Positions 20,125-29,037 of a stretch of DNA of 64,000 bases are shown piece after piece. Numbering within the stretch: position 1 is the first letter of the stretch; each line of letters starts with the position of its first letter. The notes beneath the pieces were generated by a model that worked only from the letters and a program-made list of their open reading frames with translations, ran no database searches and was not told where the DNA came from. The position numbers and the translations under genes are program-made. The stretch comes from Gemmatimonadota bacterium (GTDB lineage: Bacteria; Latescibacterota; UBA2968; UBA8231): NCBI GenBank assembly GCA_038153405.1, contig JAYOYH010000020.1, positions 1-64,000 on the forward strand, read 5' to 3'.

Positions 20125-21468
20125 TTAGCCTTGCAGCTGCGTTTCGATCGAATTCAAAATAGCCGCGCGAACCTGATCGTAATCAGCATCTACCTCCAGC
20201 GGCTCGTTTTTAAAGGGTGTGTCAATATTCAACTCGGCAAGCGCCCCTTCGTGGTAGCGCACCTTAAAGTCGGGGAATTTGAGACCGTGCGCGGTGGAGA
20301 TGACGACGACGCGGTCGCGGGGACCAATTTCGCCCTGATCGATGAGCTTGAATAGAGCGACTAACGCCACTCCAGTATGAGGACAGGTAAAAAGGCCCGT
20401 GCGATCGGCGCGGGCGCAGGCATTGGCCAACTCGTTTTCGCTGGCTTGTTCGACCACGCCGTCAAAAACCTGCAGTGTGCGAATGGCCCGATCGCGACTG
20501 ACCGGATCGCCTATCTTAATGGCGCTGGCCAAGGTGTCGCCGGCGCGCATGGACTCGAATGAGCTAAAGTTCTTCTTGTAGCTTCGATACAGGGGATTGG
20601 CCTGTTCGGCCTGTCCAACCGCAATGCGCGGCAAGCGGTCAATTATGCCCATCTCGCGCATTTCCAACAGCCCCTTACCTAGGGCACTGACATTGCCCAA
20701 ATTTCCACCCGGAATAATGATCCAATCGGGCACATCCCAATCAAATTGCTGCACGAGTTCGATGGCAACCGTTTTCTGCCCCTCTATGCGCAGCGAATTC
20801 ATTGAGTTGGCTAGGTATAAATTTTCCCGTTGGCTAATTTCCTTGACGAGGCGCATGCACCCGTCAAAATCCGTGCGCAGTGAGATCGTCACCGCGCCGT
20901 TGGCAATGGGCTGTATGAGTTGTGAAGTGGTAATCATGTTTTTGGGCAATAACACGACGGCCGGTATATGCGCAGCGGCGCAGTAGGCAGCTAGAGCCGC
21001 CGACGTGTCTCCCGTCGAGGCACAGGCAACAGCCGGTATGTGCTGCCCCTCCGATATCATCTGGTTGACCATCGAAACTAAAACGGTCATGCCCAGATCC
21101 TTGAAGGAGCCCGTGTGACTGTTTCCACACTGCTTGATCCACAGATCGTTTAGACCAATTTCCCGTCCCAAGCGCTCCGCCCAAAACAGATTGCTCCCCC
21201 CCTCGTACATCGACACGACATTGGCGTCGTCAACGACCGGACAGACCATTTCCTTTTTGCCCCACACGCTGCTTCCGAAGGGAAATGAGGTTCGCATATA
21301 GCGCTGGTCAAAGAGGGTTTTCCACTCCTGGCCAGAGCGACATTTCAGGGCCTGGATATCGTGCTGTACCTGCAGTAAACCACCGCACTGCTGACAGGTA
21401 TAAATAATCTCTGACAGGCGGTAGGTCTCTTCGCAATCTATACATTTAAACCATGCACTAAAGCTCAT
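20125..21468 (-). CDS. thrC: Threonine synthase, plant-type
   Basis: 'SHTGSFKDLGM', 'CASTGDTSAALAAY', 'NSMNSLRIEGQKT', 'PGGNLGN', 'CPHTGVA', 'STAHGLKF'. Confidence 0.95.
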   Translation of the reverse strand: MSFSAWFKCIDCEETYRLSEIIYTCQQCGGLLQVQHDIQALKCRSGQEWKTLFDQRYMRTSFPFGSSVWGKKEMVCPVVDDANVVSMYEGGSNLFWAERLGREIGLNDLWIKQCGNSHTGSFKDLGMTVLVSMVNQMISEGQHIPAVACASTGDTSAALAAYCAAAHIPAVVLLPKNMITTSQLIQPIANGAVTISLRTDFDGCMRLVKEISQRENLYLANSMNSLRIEGQKTVAIELVQQFDWDVPDWIIIPGGNLGNVSALGKGLLEMREMGIIDRLPRIAVGQAEQANPLYRSYKKNFSSFESMRAGDTLASAIKIGDPVSRDRAIRTLQVFDGVVEQASENELANACARADRTGLFTCPHTGVALVALFKLIDQGEIGPRDRVVVISTAHGLKFPDFKVRYHEGALAELNIDTPFKNEPLEVDADYDQVRAAILNSIETQLQG

Positions 21469-21558
21469 AATGCGTCCTGGATCGATCGTAAAAATTGGTT
21501 CTATTGGGTTTTTCTAATCTATAGCCCACAGCAACTTACAGCAAGTATAACCAAACGC

Positions 21559-21604
21559 AAAAACGCCGATTGAACGACGCATTTGCATCGCTTAATCGGC
21601 GTTT
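21559..21604 (-). terminator. Rho-independent terminator after the acidic-protein gene
   Basis: About 20-bp stem aaacgccgattaagcgatgc/gcgtcgttcaatcggcgttt followed by T-rich tail on the minus strand. Confidence 0.75.
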
Positions 21605-21626
21605 GAGACTAAAGGCTCGTTGCGCT

Positions 21627-22607
21627 CTAGCCAAAGAGCGCGTCGATCTCGTCCTGGCTCACTTGGCTGAGGCTCTCGCCGTCTTCTTCCGGCTTATCTT
21701 TGGGTTTGGCCTTTTTCACTTTAGCTTTTGCCTTTGGGACGGCTTTTTTTTTTGGCGGCGGTGGCTCCTCATCGTCTTCCTCTTCAAGCAGCGCCGTCAT
21801 CTCGTCTTCAGAAATATCGGCACCGCTCCCAACGTCCTCTTCTTCGTCATCGTCGCTCAATAAGTCGTCGAGATCAATATCGTCGTCATCCGCATCGTCT
21901 TCCTCAGAAAGCAGGTCCTCTAAGTCTTCCTCTTCTTCCGCATCGTCTTCCTCAGAAAGCAGGTCCTCTAAGTCTTCCTCTTCTTCCGAATCGTCTTCAT
22001 CAGAAAGCAGGTCCTCTAAGTCTTCCTCTTCTTCCGAATCGTCTTCCCCTTCGTCGAGGGGCAATTCGGCTAGTTCTTCGTCGGATTCATTCCCAATATC
22101 TTCAGGTGGCTCATCGTTGTCATCGGCAAAGAAATTTTCGATTTCTTGCGAATCTTCTTTGCCATCGCCACCTTCCGACGATCCGCTAAATAGGTCGTCA
22201 ATAGCTCCCTGATCTACGGTATCTTGCCCCGGGGACGGCGGACTATCTGCCTGCATGTCGCCGTCTTCTTCCAGACCCTCTTCGTCAAAAATATCCGGGT
22301 CGAGGTCGTCTTCAAGCATCAAATCCATTTGCGTTTCTCTGTTGAGCAGAGCCTGACTCAGCAAGTCGAATCCCTCGCGCACTTCGTAGGTCTGGTCTTC
22401 GGAGAGATGTTCGGCATTTTGCACCATGTAATGGATGACTTTGTCCAGTCCAGGTAAGGCATCTTCAAAGACCGTCAGATAGGCTTTCACCTTCTCGTCT
22501 TTAATATCGCCTCTTATTTTGTCGAACCAGAGATTATTAAACAACTGAGTTAGGGATTCAAGCGCTTGCAGTCGCTCAACCACTTCGCGCAGATCGTCTT
22601 TTGTCAT
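21627..22607 (-). CDS. Highly acidic, largely disordered protein with CheZ/FliM-like short motifs
   Basis: About 95-aa helical N-domain; D/E-rich tail with DLEDLL repeats; C-terminal 'VSQDEIDALFG'; own promoter and terminator. Confidence 0.8.
   Translation of the reverse strand: MTKDDLREVVERLQALESLTQLFNNLWFDKIRGDIKDEKVKAYLTVFEDALPGLDKVIHYMVQNAEHLSEDQTYEVREGFDLLSQALLNRETQMDLMLEDDLDPDIFDEEGLEEDGDMQADSPPSPGQDTVDQGAIDDLFSGSSEGGDGKEDSQEIENFFADDNDEPPEDIGNESDEELAELPLDEGEDDSEEEEDLEDLLSDEDDSEEEEDLEDLLSEEDDAEEEEDLEDLLSEEDDADDDDIDLDDLLSDDDEEEDVGSGADISEDEMTALLEEEDDEEPPPPKKKAVPKAKAKVKKAKPKDKPEEDGESLSQVSQDEIDALFG
21892..22046 (-). repeat. In-frame 48-bp tandem repeat (about 3 copies; DD[S/A]EEEEDLEDLLS[D/E]E)
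   Basis: cagaaagcaggtcctctaagtcttcctcttcttccg recurs with 48-nt period. Confidence 0.9.
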
Positions 22608-22683
22608 AAGTTGGGCCCCTATAGATTCAAATACCTGCCAGTACTATCGGCATGTTGGCCAATATATTTCCCACTTTTTCAAA

Positions 22684-22699
22684 AGCAATTACCATGCCT
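22684..22699 (-). promoter_or_regulatory. Putative sigma54 (-24/-12) promoter of the acidic-protein gene
   Basis: Minus strand AGGCATGGTAATTGCT (GG-N10-GC), about 77 nt upstream of ATG in a 300-bp AT-rich gap. Confidence 0.65.
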
Positions 22700-22911
22700 T
22701 TGATTAGGCAAGACCTATTGATTTACAATATGTTGTCACTCATACCCCGAATCAACACCCCATATAGTATGTTCCGTGCTATTCAACGCGATGGGGCCTG
22801 CCCTGCCCTACCTTTAATTTCCCTTTTGATGCAGAAGGTGCTGCCAATTTTTCCGCGTAGAATTCATGCCCGTGCACCAATCGGTCTTTCGCCGTACCTT
22901 AACGCCGAAAA

Positions 22912-23442
22912 TTAGCGTTTATTAAATGCCTTTATTACTATCTGCGACAAGGCGATACATGCGATGGTCTCAGGGATTACATAGGTGCTATTATAGCTGA
23001 GGGAATAGAGCCAAACGGCCGTATCTGCAGGCGCGTAGGCGGCAAAAAACACCATGCCCGAAACCCAGTGAATACCCAGCCGCACCACGCCCGCCAGCCC
23101 TACGCTTAGCGCGGCTTGCCAGCGTCCACTACCAGCGGCTAAACCACTTACACCTCCCATAGCTGCGAAGGCCAAGGGATAATCGAGAAGGACCTGTAGA
23201 GGGTGAAAGTAAAACGGGTTCAGGGCAAAGTCGACGAAGCCAAAAAGGCCCCCACAGGCGGCTCCTGCTGCCAGTCCGCGGCGCAGGGCTAGCACGACAA
23301 TGGGCAAGATGCTCAAATTGATCGAGCCGCCGAAGGGCATTTGCACCAAGCGGGTCAACGCGCCCAAGACAATGGCCAGCGCTATGACCACCCCAACTTC
23401 CGCCAGCAGGCGTATGCGCTCCCTTGGCGTCCCGACTGCCAC
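22912..23442 (-). CDS. thiT: ECF transporter S-component for thiamine
   Basis: 'MPFGGSI', 'HPLQVLLDYPLAF', 'HWVSGMVFFAAYAP', 'YSLSYN' match ThiT. Confidence 0.88.
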   Translation of the reverse strand: MAVGTPRERIRLLAEVGVVIALAIVLGALTRLVQMPFGGSINLSILPIVVLALRRGLAAGAACGGLFGFVDFALNPFYFHPLQVLLDYPLAFAAMGGVSGLAAGSGRWQAALSVGLAGVVRLGIHWVSGMVFFAAYAPADTAVWLYSLSYNSTYVIPETIACIALSQIVIKAFNKR

Positions 23443-23446
23443 GGCG

Positions 23447-24457
23447 TTAGTTCAGCCGCTGAATTATCACATAGCCCATAGGTATTTCGAGGATAGCGCT
23501 AAACTCACCGACCCCGAGCTGTACGACGGACTCTTCAAATTGTGGCAGCAGTTCGCCGGGGCCGAAAAATCCCAGGTCGCCCCCGTCTTGCGCATTGGGT
23601 GCAATGGAGAACTTTTGTGCCAGAGCGGCGAATTCTTCGCCTCCTGCTAAGCGTTGGCGAATATCGCGCGCGGCCGTCTCGGTCTTTACTAAGATATAGC
23701 GCGCTCGCATTTTTCCTTCTAATATCGCCCGCACCGCCTGTAGGTTTTCGTCGATCGCCTGAGTGACATAGGGGTCGCTGGAGCGCGCCTGGGCCTTCTT
23801 GTAGTACTCCAGCGATTCGATGTATCGCTGCTGTTGGGCATAGAGAAAAGCGATATTATTGAAGCCTTCCACGTCTTCGGGCACTAAGAGCGCCAGCTGC
23901 TCGTAGTGTTGGACTGCGGTGTCTAAGGATTCGCGTTGGGCGTGGTAAAAACCCAATAGACGGTGGGCTTCGGGGTTGGTATCGTCCAACTGGGCGGCCG
24001 TATCTAAATGGGCCTTGGCACCATCCCACTGGCCGGCCTGCAAGAGCAAGAAAGCCAGCGCGCTGTGCACAGCAGAGTTATCCGGGACCAGCAAACGAGC
24101 GCGATCGACCGAAGCGATGGCCGAATCGAGTTGCCCCATAGCCAGGTGCACTTCGCCAATGCGCGAATACAGCGTAAGCTGACCCGGCTCCTCGCGCAGC
24201 GATGCGCGCAGCACGGAAAGAGCCTGGGGATACTGCGCCGTTTGCATATACATGGCTGCCATGCGATTCAAAAAGGGCGCGCTACCCGCTCCAGCAGCAA
24301 GCGCCTTTTCATACTCGATTAAAGCCAACTGCACCCGCCCCTGCTCGAGATAGAAGTCGCCCTTGCGCACCCATTCGACCATGCCCTCCTGCTGAGCGGA
24401 TGACCTGCCAACGAGACAGATAACTGCGCTCAATAGTGCCACCGATATCCTTATCAT
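23447..24457 (-). CDS. Secreted TPR-repeat protein with C-terminal parvulin PPIase domain
   Basis: Signal peptide, multiple TPRs, 'ARYILV...FAALAQKFS...GGDLGFF...FEE...GYVII'. Confidence 0.87.
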   Translation of the reverse strand: MIRISVALLSAVICLVGRSSAQQEGMVEWVRKGDFYLEQGRVQLALIEYEKALAAGAGSAPFLNRMAAMYMQTAQYPQALSVLRASLREEPGQLTLYSRIGEVHLAMGQLDSAIASVDRARLLVPDNSAVHSALAFLLLQAGQWDGAKAHLDTAAQLDDTNPEAHRLLGFYHAQRESLDTAVQHYEQLALLVPEDVEGFNNIAFLYAQQQRYIESLEYYKKAQARSSDPYVTQAIDENLQAVRAILEGKMRARYILVKTETAARDIRQRLAGGEEFAALAQKFSIAPNAQDGGDLGFFGPGELLPQFEESVVQLGVGEFSAILEIPMGYVIIQRLN

Positions 24458-24515
24458 CTACAAACGGCCCCTCTGCCTGGTTGCCAGGCCTTTGTTTCTG
24501 CGAATACACCCATCA

Positions 24516-25961
24516 TTACCTCCGCCAAAAACTGGGCACAAAGAGCACCAACAAGGTGCCCAATTCCAATCGCCCTAGCAGCATGCACAAAATCAGGAAC
24601 GCCTTACCAGGCGAGGGTAAATGCGCATAGTTTTCAACGGGCCCAACTTCTGCCATCCCGGGGCCGACATTGGCCAAACAGGCGAGCACCGACGAAAACG
24701 ACGTCAATAAATCCAGCCCGAGCGAGGCCATAAATAGGCTGCCAATCAGTGTAATGCCAATAAAACTGGCAAAAAAGATAAGGATGGAGCGCACCGTTTC
24801 CTCATCTACGACGCTGCCCCCGAGGCGGACAGCCGTGCGCACCTGCGGCCGAAATACGCGCACCAACTCCACATAGGCCACTTTGAGCAGCACCACGATG
24901 CGGGCAATCTTTATTCCACCCGCCGTCGAGCCAGCACACCCCCCGATAAACATGAGGCCGATCAGCAACATTTTGGCGAGTGATGGATACTGCATATAAT
25001 CGTCGGTGCCAAAACCAGTTCCCGTAAGAATGGCCAGAGTCTGAAAGCCGGCAAAGCGCAGCGCCGACCCCACCCCCCCGTGTAAAGGGGTGATTACCAG
25101 TGTTATAATCGCAGTCACCCCGACGACAAGTCCGATGTAAAATCGCAGTTCGGCATTGCGAAAAACGGCTTTGGAGTGTCCCCGCATCAGCAGGTAATAC
25201 AGGCTAAAGTTAATACCGGCTAGCAGCATAAACGCGCTGACGATAGCGTCGACAACAACGCTGTCGTAATGGCCAATACTCTTATTAAAGAGCGAGAATC
25301 CGCCGGTGGCAATAGTCGACATGGCATGGCAAAGCGCCTCGAAGGGAGCCACGCCAACCGCAACGAGCAATGCCACCATAAGGCCTGTGAGTAGGAGGTA
25401 AATTTTCCAGAGCGCCAGGGCTGTTTCTTTTATCTTAGGGCGCAGCCCTTCCGTAATAGGCCCAGGCACCTCCGAGCGAAACAACTGCTTTGCACCAACA
25501 CCCAGTTGGGGGAAAATCGCGACAAAGAGCACGATGATGCCCATACCGCCGAGCCAGTGGGTTATCGTGCGCCATAGCAGCAATGACTTTGGTATGGCCT
25601 CGATGTCTTCCAACACGGTGGCACCGGTGGTAGTGAAGCCCGAGACGGCTTCAAAAAAGGCATCGACGAATAGATCAAAAACGCCTCCCCAATAGAACGG
25701 GATCGCCCCCAATAAACCCGTAAGCACCCAGCCCAACCCAACGACAGCTAGGGCATCGCGCCGATAGACCGTTTCAATACTGGCCCGTCCCCACGCAAAG
25801 AGCAATCCCCCAAGGGCGACAGTGGTCCCCATTGATGCCCCCAAAGCAAGGACTGCTTCCTTTTCGTCGTAGTAGAAGGCCATCGGCAAACAGAAGCCCA
25901 TCGTGCAGCCGAGAACGGCCAGTAATATACCCAGTAAACGGGCAATTACCCGGGCATTCAC
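24516..25961 (-). CDS. trkH: Trk potassium uptake membrane protein
   Basis: Filter motifs SGFTTTGAT, TGGFS, GTGF, NVGPG; 'GGCAGSTAGGIK', 'LGRLE'. Confidence 0.95.
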   Translation of the reverse strand: MNARVIARLLGILLAVLGCTMGFCLPMAFYYDEKEAVLALGASMGTTVALGGLLFAWGRASIETVYRRDALAVVGLGWVLTGLLGAIPFYWGGVFDLFVDAFFEAVSGFTTTGATVLEDIEAIPKSLLLWRTITHWLGGMGIIVLFVAIFPQLGVGAKQLFRSEVPGPITEGLRPKIKETALALWKIYLLLTGLMVALLVAVGVAPFEALCHAMSTIATGGFSLFNKSIGHYDSVVVDAIVSAFMLLAGINFSLYYLLMRGHSKAVFRNAELRFYIGLVVGVTAIITLVITPLHGGVGSALRFAGFQTLAILTGTGFGTDDYMQYPSLAKMLLIGLMFIGGCAGSTAGGIKIARIVVLLKVAYVELVRVFRPQVRTAVRLGGSVVDEETVRSILIFFASFIGITLIGSLFMASLGLDLLTSFSSVLACLANVGPGMAEVGPVENYAHLPSPGKAFLILCMLLGRLELGTLLVLFVPSFWRR

Positions 25962-25964
25962 CGT

Positions 25965-27335
25965 CTAGCCTCGCCCGAGTAGGGGCTTGCGGAACATGCG
26001 CTCAACCTGAGGTCGCACCTGGGGCGTGGTAAAGACGATTACGGTATTGCCGGGGCGAATGACATCGCTGCCGCTAGGCACATATACGCCGGATTCACCG
26101 GCCACTGCACCAATCATGGCACCGCGCGGAAAATTGGTATCGATCAGCGGCTTGTTAACGATGCGGCAATCTTCAGCGGCGATCAATTCGAGTATTTCAC
26201 CTCGCCCATCGGCCAACACCGCAGTAGAAGCAACTTCTCCTTCGCGCACGTACTTTACAATCTGCCGGGCGGCCAGCAGGCGCGGGCTTATCGCCGCATC
26301 AATACCCAGCTGTTCGTAAATGGGGCCATAATCGGGACGGTGTACAAGGGCGACGACTTTTTTGCACCCAAGGCGTTTGGCCAGCAGGCCAGCCATCAGG
26401 TTGGTCTCGTCATCTGGGCTAACGGCGATAAATACGTCGACATTACCGGCCCCCTCTTCTTCCAACAGGGGCAAATTGGTTCCATCGCCGTTGAGGATGG
26501 TTGTCCGGTGCAGCAACTCGGCCAGTTCGTCGGCCCGATCCGTGTCGCGTTCGATGAGCACTACGTCAATTTGTAAGCGCTCGAGTTCGCGGGCGACGGA
26601 AAAGCCGATCTCCCCTCCGCCGACCAGCATGACCCGGTGGGCAGACCGCTGGCGCGTTTTGCCAAAAATGCCCTCGACTTCATCCATGCTCTCACAGCGA
26701 CCGATCACAAAGACTTCGTCGCCTACCTGAATGGAATCGGCTCCACTGGGAATGAGCAGGGCGCCATCGCGCAGGATGCCGGCAATGCCGATGCCCCGCC
26801 CCAGCAAAAACTCCTGTGATATGTCGAAGAGAGGGCGATTAATCAGTTTGTTGTCTTCACCAATGGCCAACTGCATGAGTTCAATGCGATTATCGGCAAA
26901 ATTCTCGACCATAATCGCTCCCACGCTGCGCACTTGTTTGGTGATTTCTATAGCCGTGAGCATTTCTGGGCTGATCAATAGATCGACGCCGAAGTAGTTG
27001 TAAAAAACGCCCTGCTCATTGGGCATGTGCTCGCGATTGGAAACGCGCGCGATAACGCGGCGTGCACCGATCTGCTTGGCCATAATGGACGCGAGGATAT
27101 TGCTTTCGTCTTCACTAGAGGTGGCAATGACCAGATCGGCCTGGGCCGCCCGGGTCTCCTCTAAGGCGCGCAGAGTGGCTCCGTTCCCCCGCCAGGCCAG
27201 CACATCCATGCCCTCCTCAACGGCCATCAGCGCATTGGGGTTGCGGTCTACTACCGTCACGTTATTGCCTTCGCCCACCAGCACGGAGGTGATGTATTTT
27301 CCGACTTCACCAAGTCCAATGACGACGATATCCAC
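25965..27335 (-). CDS. trkA: Trk potassium uptake NAD-binding subunit
   Basis: Two RCK_N (GxGxxG) and two RCK_C domains; adjacent to trkH. Confidence 0.95.
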   Translation of the reverse strand: MDIVVIGLGEVGKYITSVLVGEGNNVTVVDRNPNALMAVEEGMDVLAWRGNGATLRALEETRAAQADLVIATSSEDESNILASIMAKQIGARRVIARVSNREHMPNEQGVFYNYFGVDLLISPEMLTAIEITKQVRSVGAIMVENFADNRIELMQLAIGEDNKLINRPLFDISQEFLLGRGIGIAGILRDGALLIPSGADSIQVGDEVFVIGRCESMDEVEGIFGKTRQRSAHRVMLVGGGEIGFSVARELERLQIDVVLIERDTDRADELAELLHRTTILNGDGTNLPLLEEEGAGNVDVFIAVSPDDETNLMAGLLAKRLGCKKVVALVHRPDYGPIYEQLGIDAAISPRLLAARQIVKYVREGEVASTAVLADGRGEILELIAAEDCRIVNKPLIDTNFPRGAMIGAVAGESGVYVPSGSDVIRPGNTVIVFTTPQVRPQVERMFRKPLLGRG

Positions 27336-27347
27336 GGCCGCTCTCCG

Positions 27348-28106
27348 CTATGAACGCAGCTGGGTTAGCACTTCTTGTGTTATTCTCTCTACAAGCCCTC
27401 GATGCTCAACCTGTGCCTCGTCGTTGGCCAGCGGCAGCTCCGTTCGCTCACAGGACGGACGGCCGACGATCCCAAAGCGCTCGCGCAGGTCAATGAGCTC
27501 GTTTACGTGTTGGTCGGAAAGCGTCTTTACCGACCCCAGCTGGTGTGCGACTAAGGCGATTTTGGCAAAATGTTCAACCGTTTCCATTTTGAAATGCGCA
27601 TCCATAACGTGCTGGCCCAGCGTAACGGCACCGTGATTGGCCATGAGTATCGCATCGTATTCGCGCAGCAGCGGCTTCATCGGTTCGACGATATCCGGTC
27701 CACCGGGCGTGCCATAGGCCGCCAGTGGAACCCCGCCCAGACTGACTATGACTTCCGGCAGCACACACTGCGTTAATTCAATACCCGCCACGGCAAAACC
27801 TGTTGCAGTAGGCGGATGGGCATGCACGACAGACTGGATGTCGGGGCGCAGTTTGTAAATTTCCAAATGCATGCGAATCTCGGAGGAAATGCGCATAGAA
27901 CCCGCTATCTGATTGCCTTCCAAATCGCAAATGGCCAGCATATCCTCCGTTATAAACCCCTTGCTAACCCCCGTCGGCGTGCACAGGATGCGATCGTCTT
28001 GTAGACGAGCACTGATATTGCCGTCATTGGCCGCTACGTAACCACGCTGATAGATGCGTCGTCCAACTTCACAGATCTCTCTGCGCAATGCGTAAGCCGA
28101 ATTCAT
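27348..28106 (-). CDS. Class II aldolase (FucA/RhaD family) with C-terminal BMC encapsulation peptide
   Basis: 'DGNIS', 'TPTG', 'SSEIRMH', 'HAHP', 'NHG'; tail 'GLVERITQEVLTQLRS'; start moved to MNSAY. Confidence 0.88.
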   Translation of the reverse strand: MNSAYALRREICEVGRRIYQRGYVAANDGNISARLQDDRILCTPTGVSKGFITEDMLAICDLEGNQIAGSMRISSEIRMHLEIYKLRPDIQSVVHAHPPTATGFAVAGIELTQCVLPEVIVSLGGVPLAAYGTPGGPDIVEPMKPLLREYDAILMANHGAVTLGQHVMDAHFKMETVEHFAKIALVAHQLGSVKTLSDQHVNELIDLRERFGIVGRPSCERTELPLANDEAQVEHRGLVERITQEVLTQLRS

Positions 28107-29014
28107 TAGACTTCCTTTCTCATTTTGCATACCCGCGCGCGCAGCGCGCTGCGGCCGACCAACAGCCATCCAAACGCACCGGGGAGGGCCACGTTTAAAC
28201 CGAACACGACCAGCGAGGCGTTAAAGGCCGGCAGTGGATCCAGCCCCCTATGGGCGAAAAGCCAGACGGCGATGCCCTCGCGAACCCCCAAATCGAAGAA
28301 GCTTACCGGCAGCACCGATTTGATGGCAAAGAGGGCCGGCCCCAACAGGGCAACTTCGCGCATGCCGGCATAATAACCCCATAAGAGTACGAAAAACTGA
28401 CTTAAAAATATCACATTGAACAGCAAAGACCACATGCCCGATACGCCCCAAATAGAAAGCGGCACACTCTGCCAAAGCAACGCGACCTTTTCTGCGCTCT
28501 TCCAGCCCATTTTAGCGGCGAGTAAACGCCCTCCAAATATAGCAATGGCGGCGAGTACGAGAAGAAGCAGGCCACCTAGCAGCATTTCATACATAGCTAG
28601 CCATGCCAGCGCAGCGCAGCCCAAGATGAGGGTAATCACCATGGACAGTCCGCGATCGGCCATCGTCAATAGGGCGATTCGGGTGGGATCGCCCGACAGG
28701 ACGACTCCTCGTCCCAGCTCCCCTAAACGCCCAGGCGTGATCAATCCCAATCCCAACCCTGCCAGCAGAGAAAGGAGGGCCTGAGTGCGGCCGACGCCGG
28801 GCATCGCACAGGCCAGCAAGGCGCGCCACTTTTCTGCCTGGACCAACAAGCCGACAACTGAAAGCAGAGCGGCAGCGAGGAGGTATTCCCACCTGAGTCC
28901 CGCCGCCGCAGTGTATATTCGCTCGGGTTCAAGCCACCATACGAGTCCCGCCAGCAGGATGGCCGATACCAGAATTTGCACCGCAATAAAGAGCCTATAT
29001 ACAGGAGATAACAA
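28106..29014 (-). CDS. Lysylphosphatidylglycerol synthase TM / flippase-like membrane protein
   Basis: 'KWRALL', 'TPGRLGELGR', 'DR', 'LPVS...LGVREG'; start uncertain (TTG 29014 or GTG 28981). Confidence 0.8.
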   Translation of the reverse strand: MLSPVYRLFIAVQILVSAILLAGLVWWLEPERIYTAAAGLRWEYLLAAALLSVVGLLVQAEKWRALLACAMPGVGRTQALLSLLAGLGLGLITPGRLGELGRGVVLSGDPTRIALLTMADRGLSMVITLILGCAALAWLAMYEMLLGGLLLLVLAAIAIFGGRLLAAKMGWKSAEKVALLWQSVPLSIWGVSGMWSLLFNVIFLSQFFVLLWGYYAGMREVALLGPALFAIKSVLPVSFFDLGVREGIAVWLFAHRGLDPLPAFNASLVVFGLNVALPGAFGWLLVGRSALRARVCKMRKEV

Positions 29015-29037
29015 CAGGAGGCCCGACGTCTGCTCGC

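Noticed and set aside
21469..21558. SAM riboswitch or Thr attenuator upstream of thrC-CGS
   Set aside because: Only about 90 nt between terminator and ATG; no SAM-I core or Thr-rich leader peptide
21892..22046. Direct repeats as a possible CRISPR array
   Set aside because: Head-to-tail 48-bp in-frame units with no unique spacers and no cas genes; a coding repeat
21700..22212. Ser-rich 170-aa ORF on the + strand
   Set aside because: Antisense shadow of GAA/GAC-rich codons of the acidic protein
22829..22847. Second sigma54-like box (TGGCAGCACCTTCTGC, minus strand)
   Set aside because: GG-to-GC spacing is 11 rather than 10
22652..22915. 87-aa + strand ORF in the intergenic gap
   Set aside because: No RBS or protein-like features; overlaps the sigma54 promoter region
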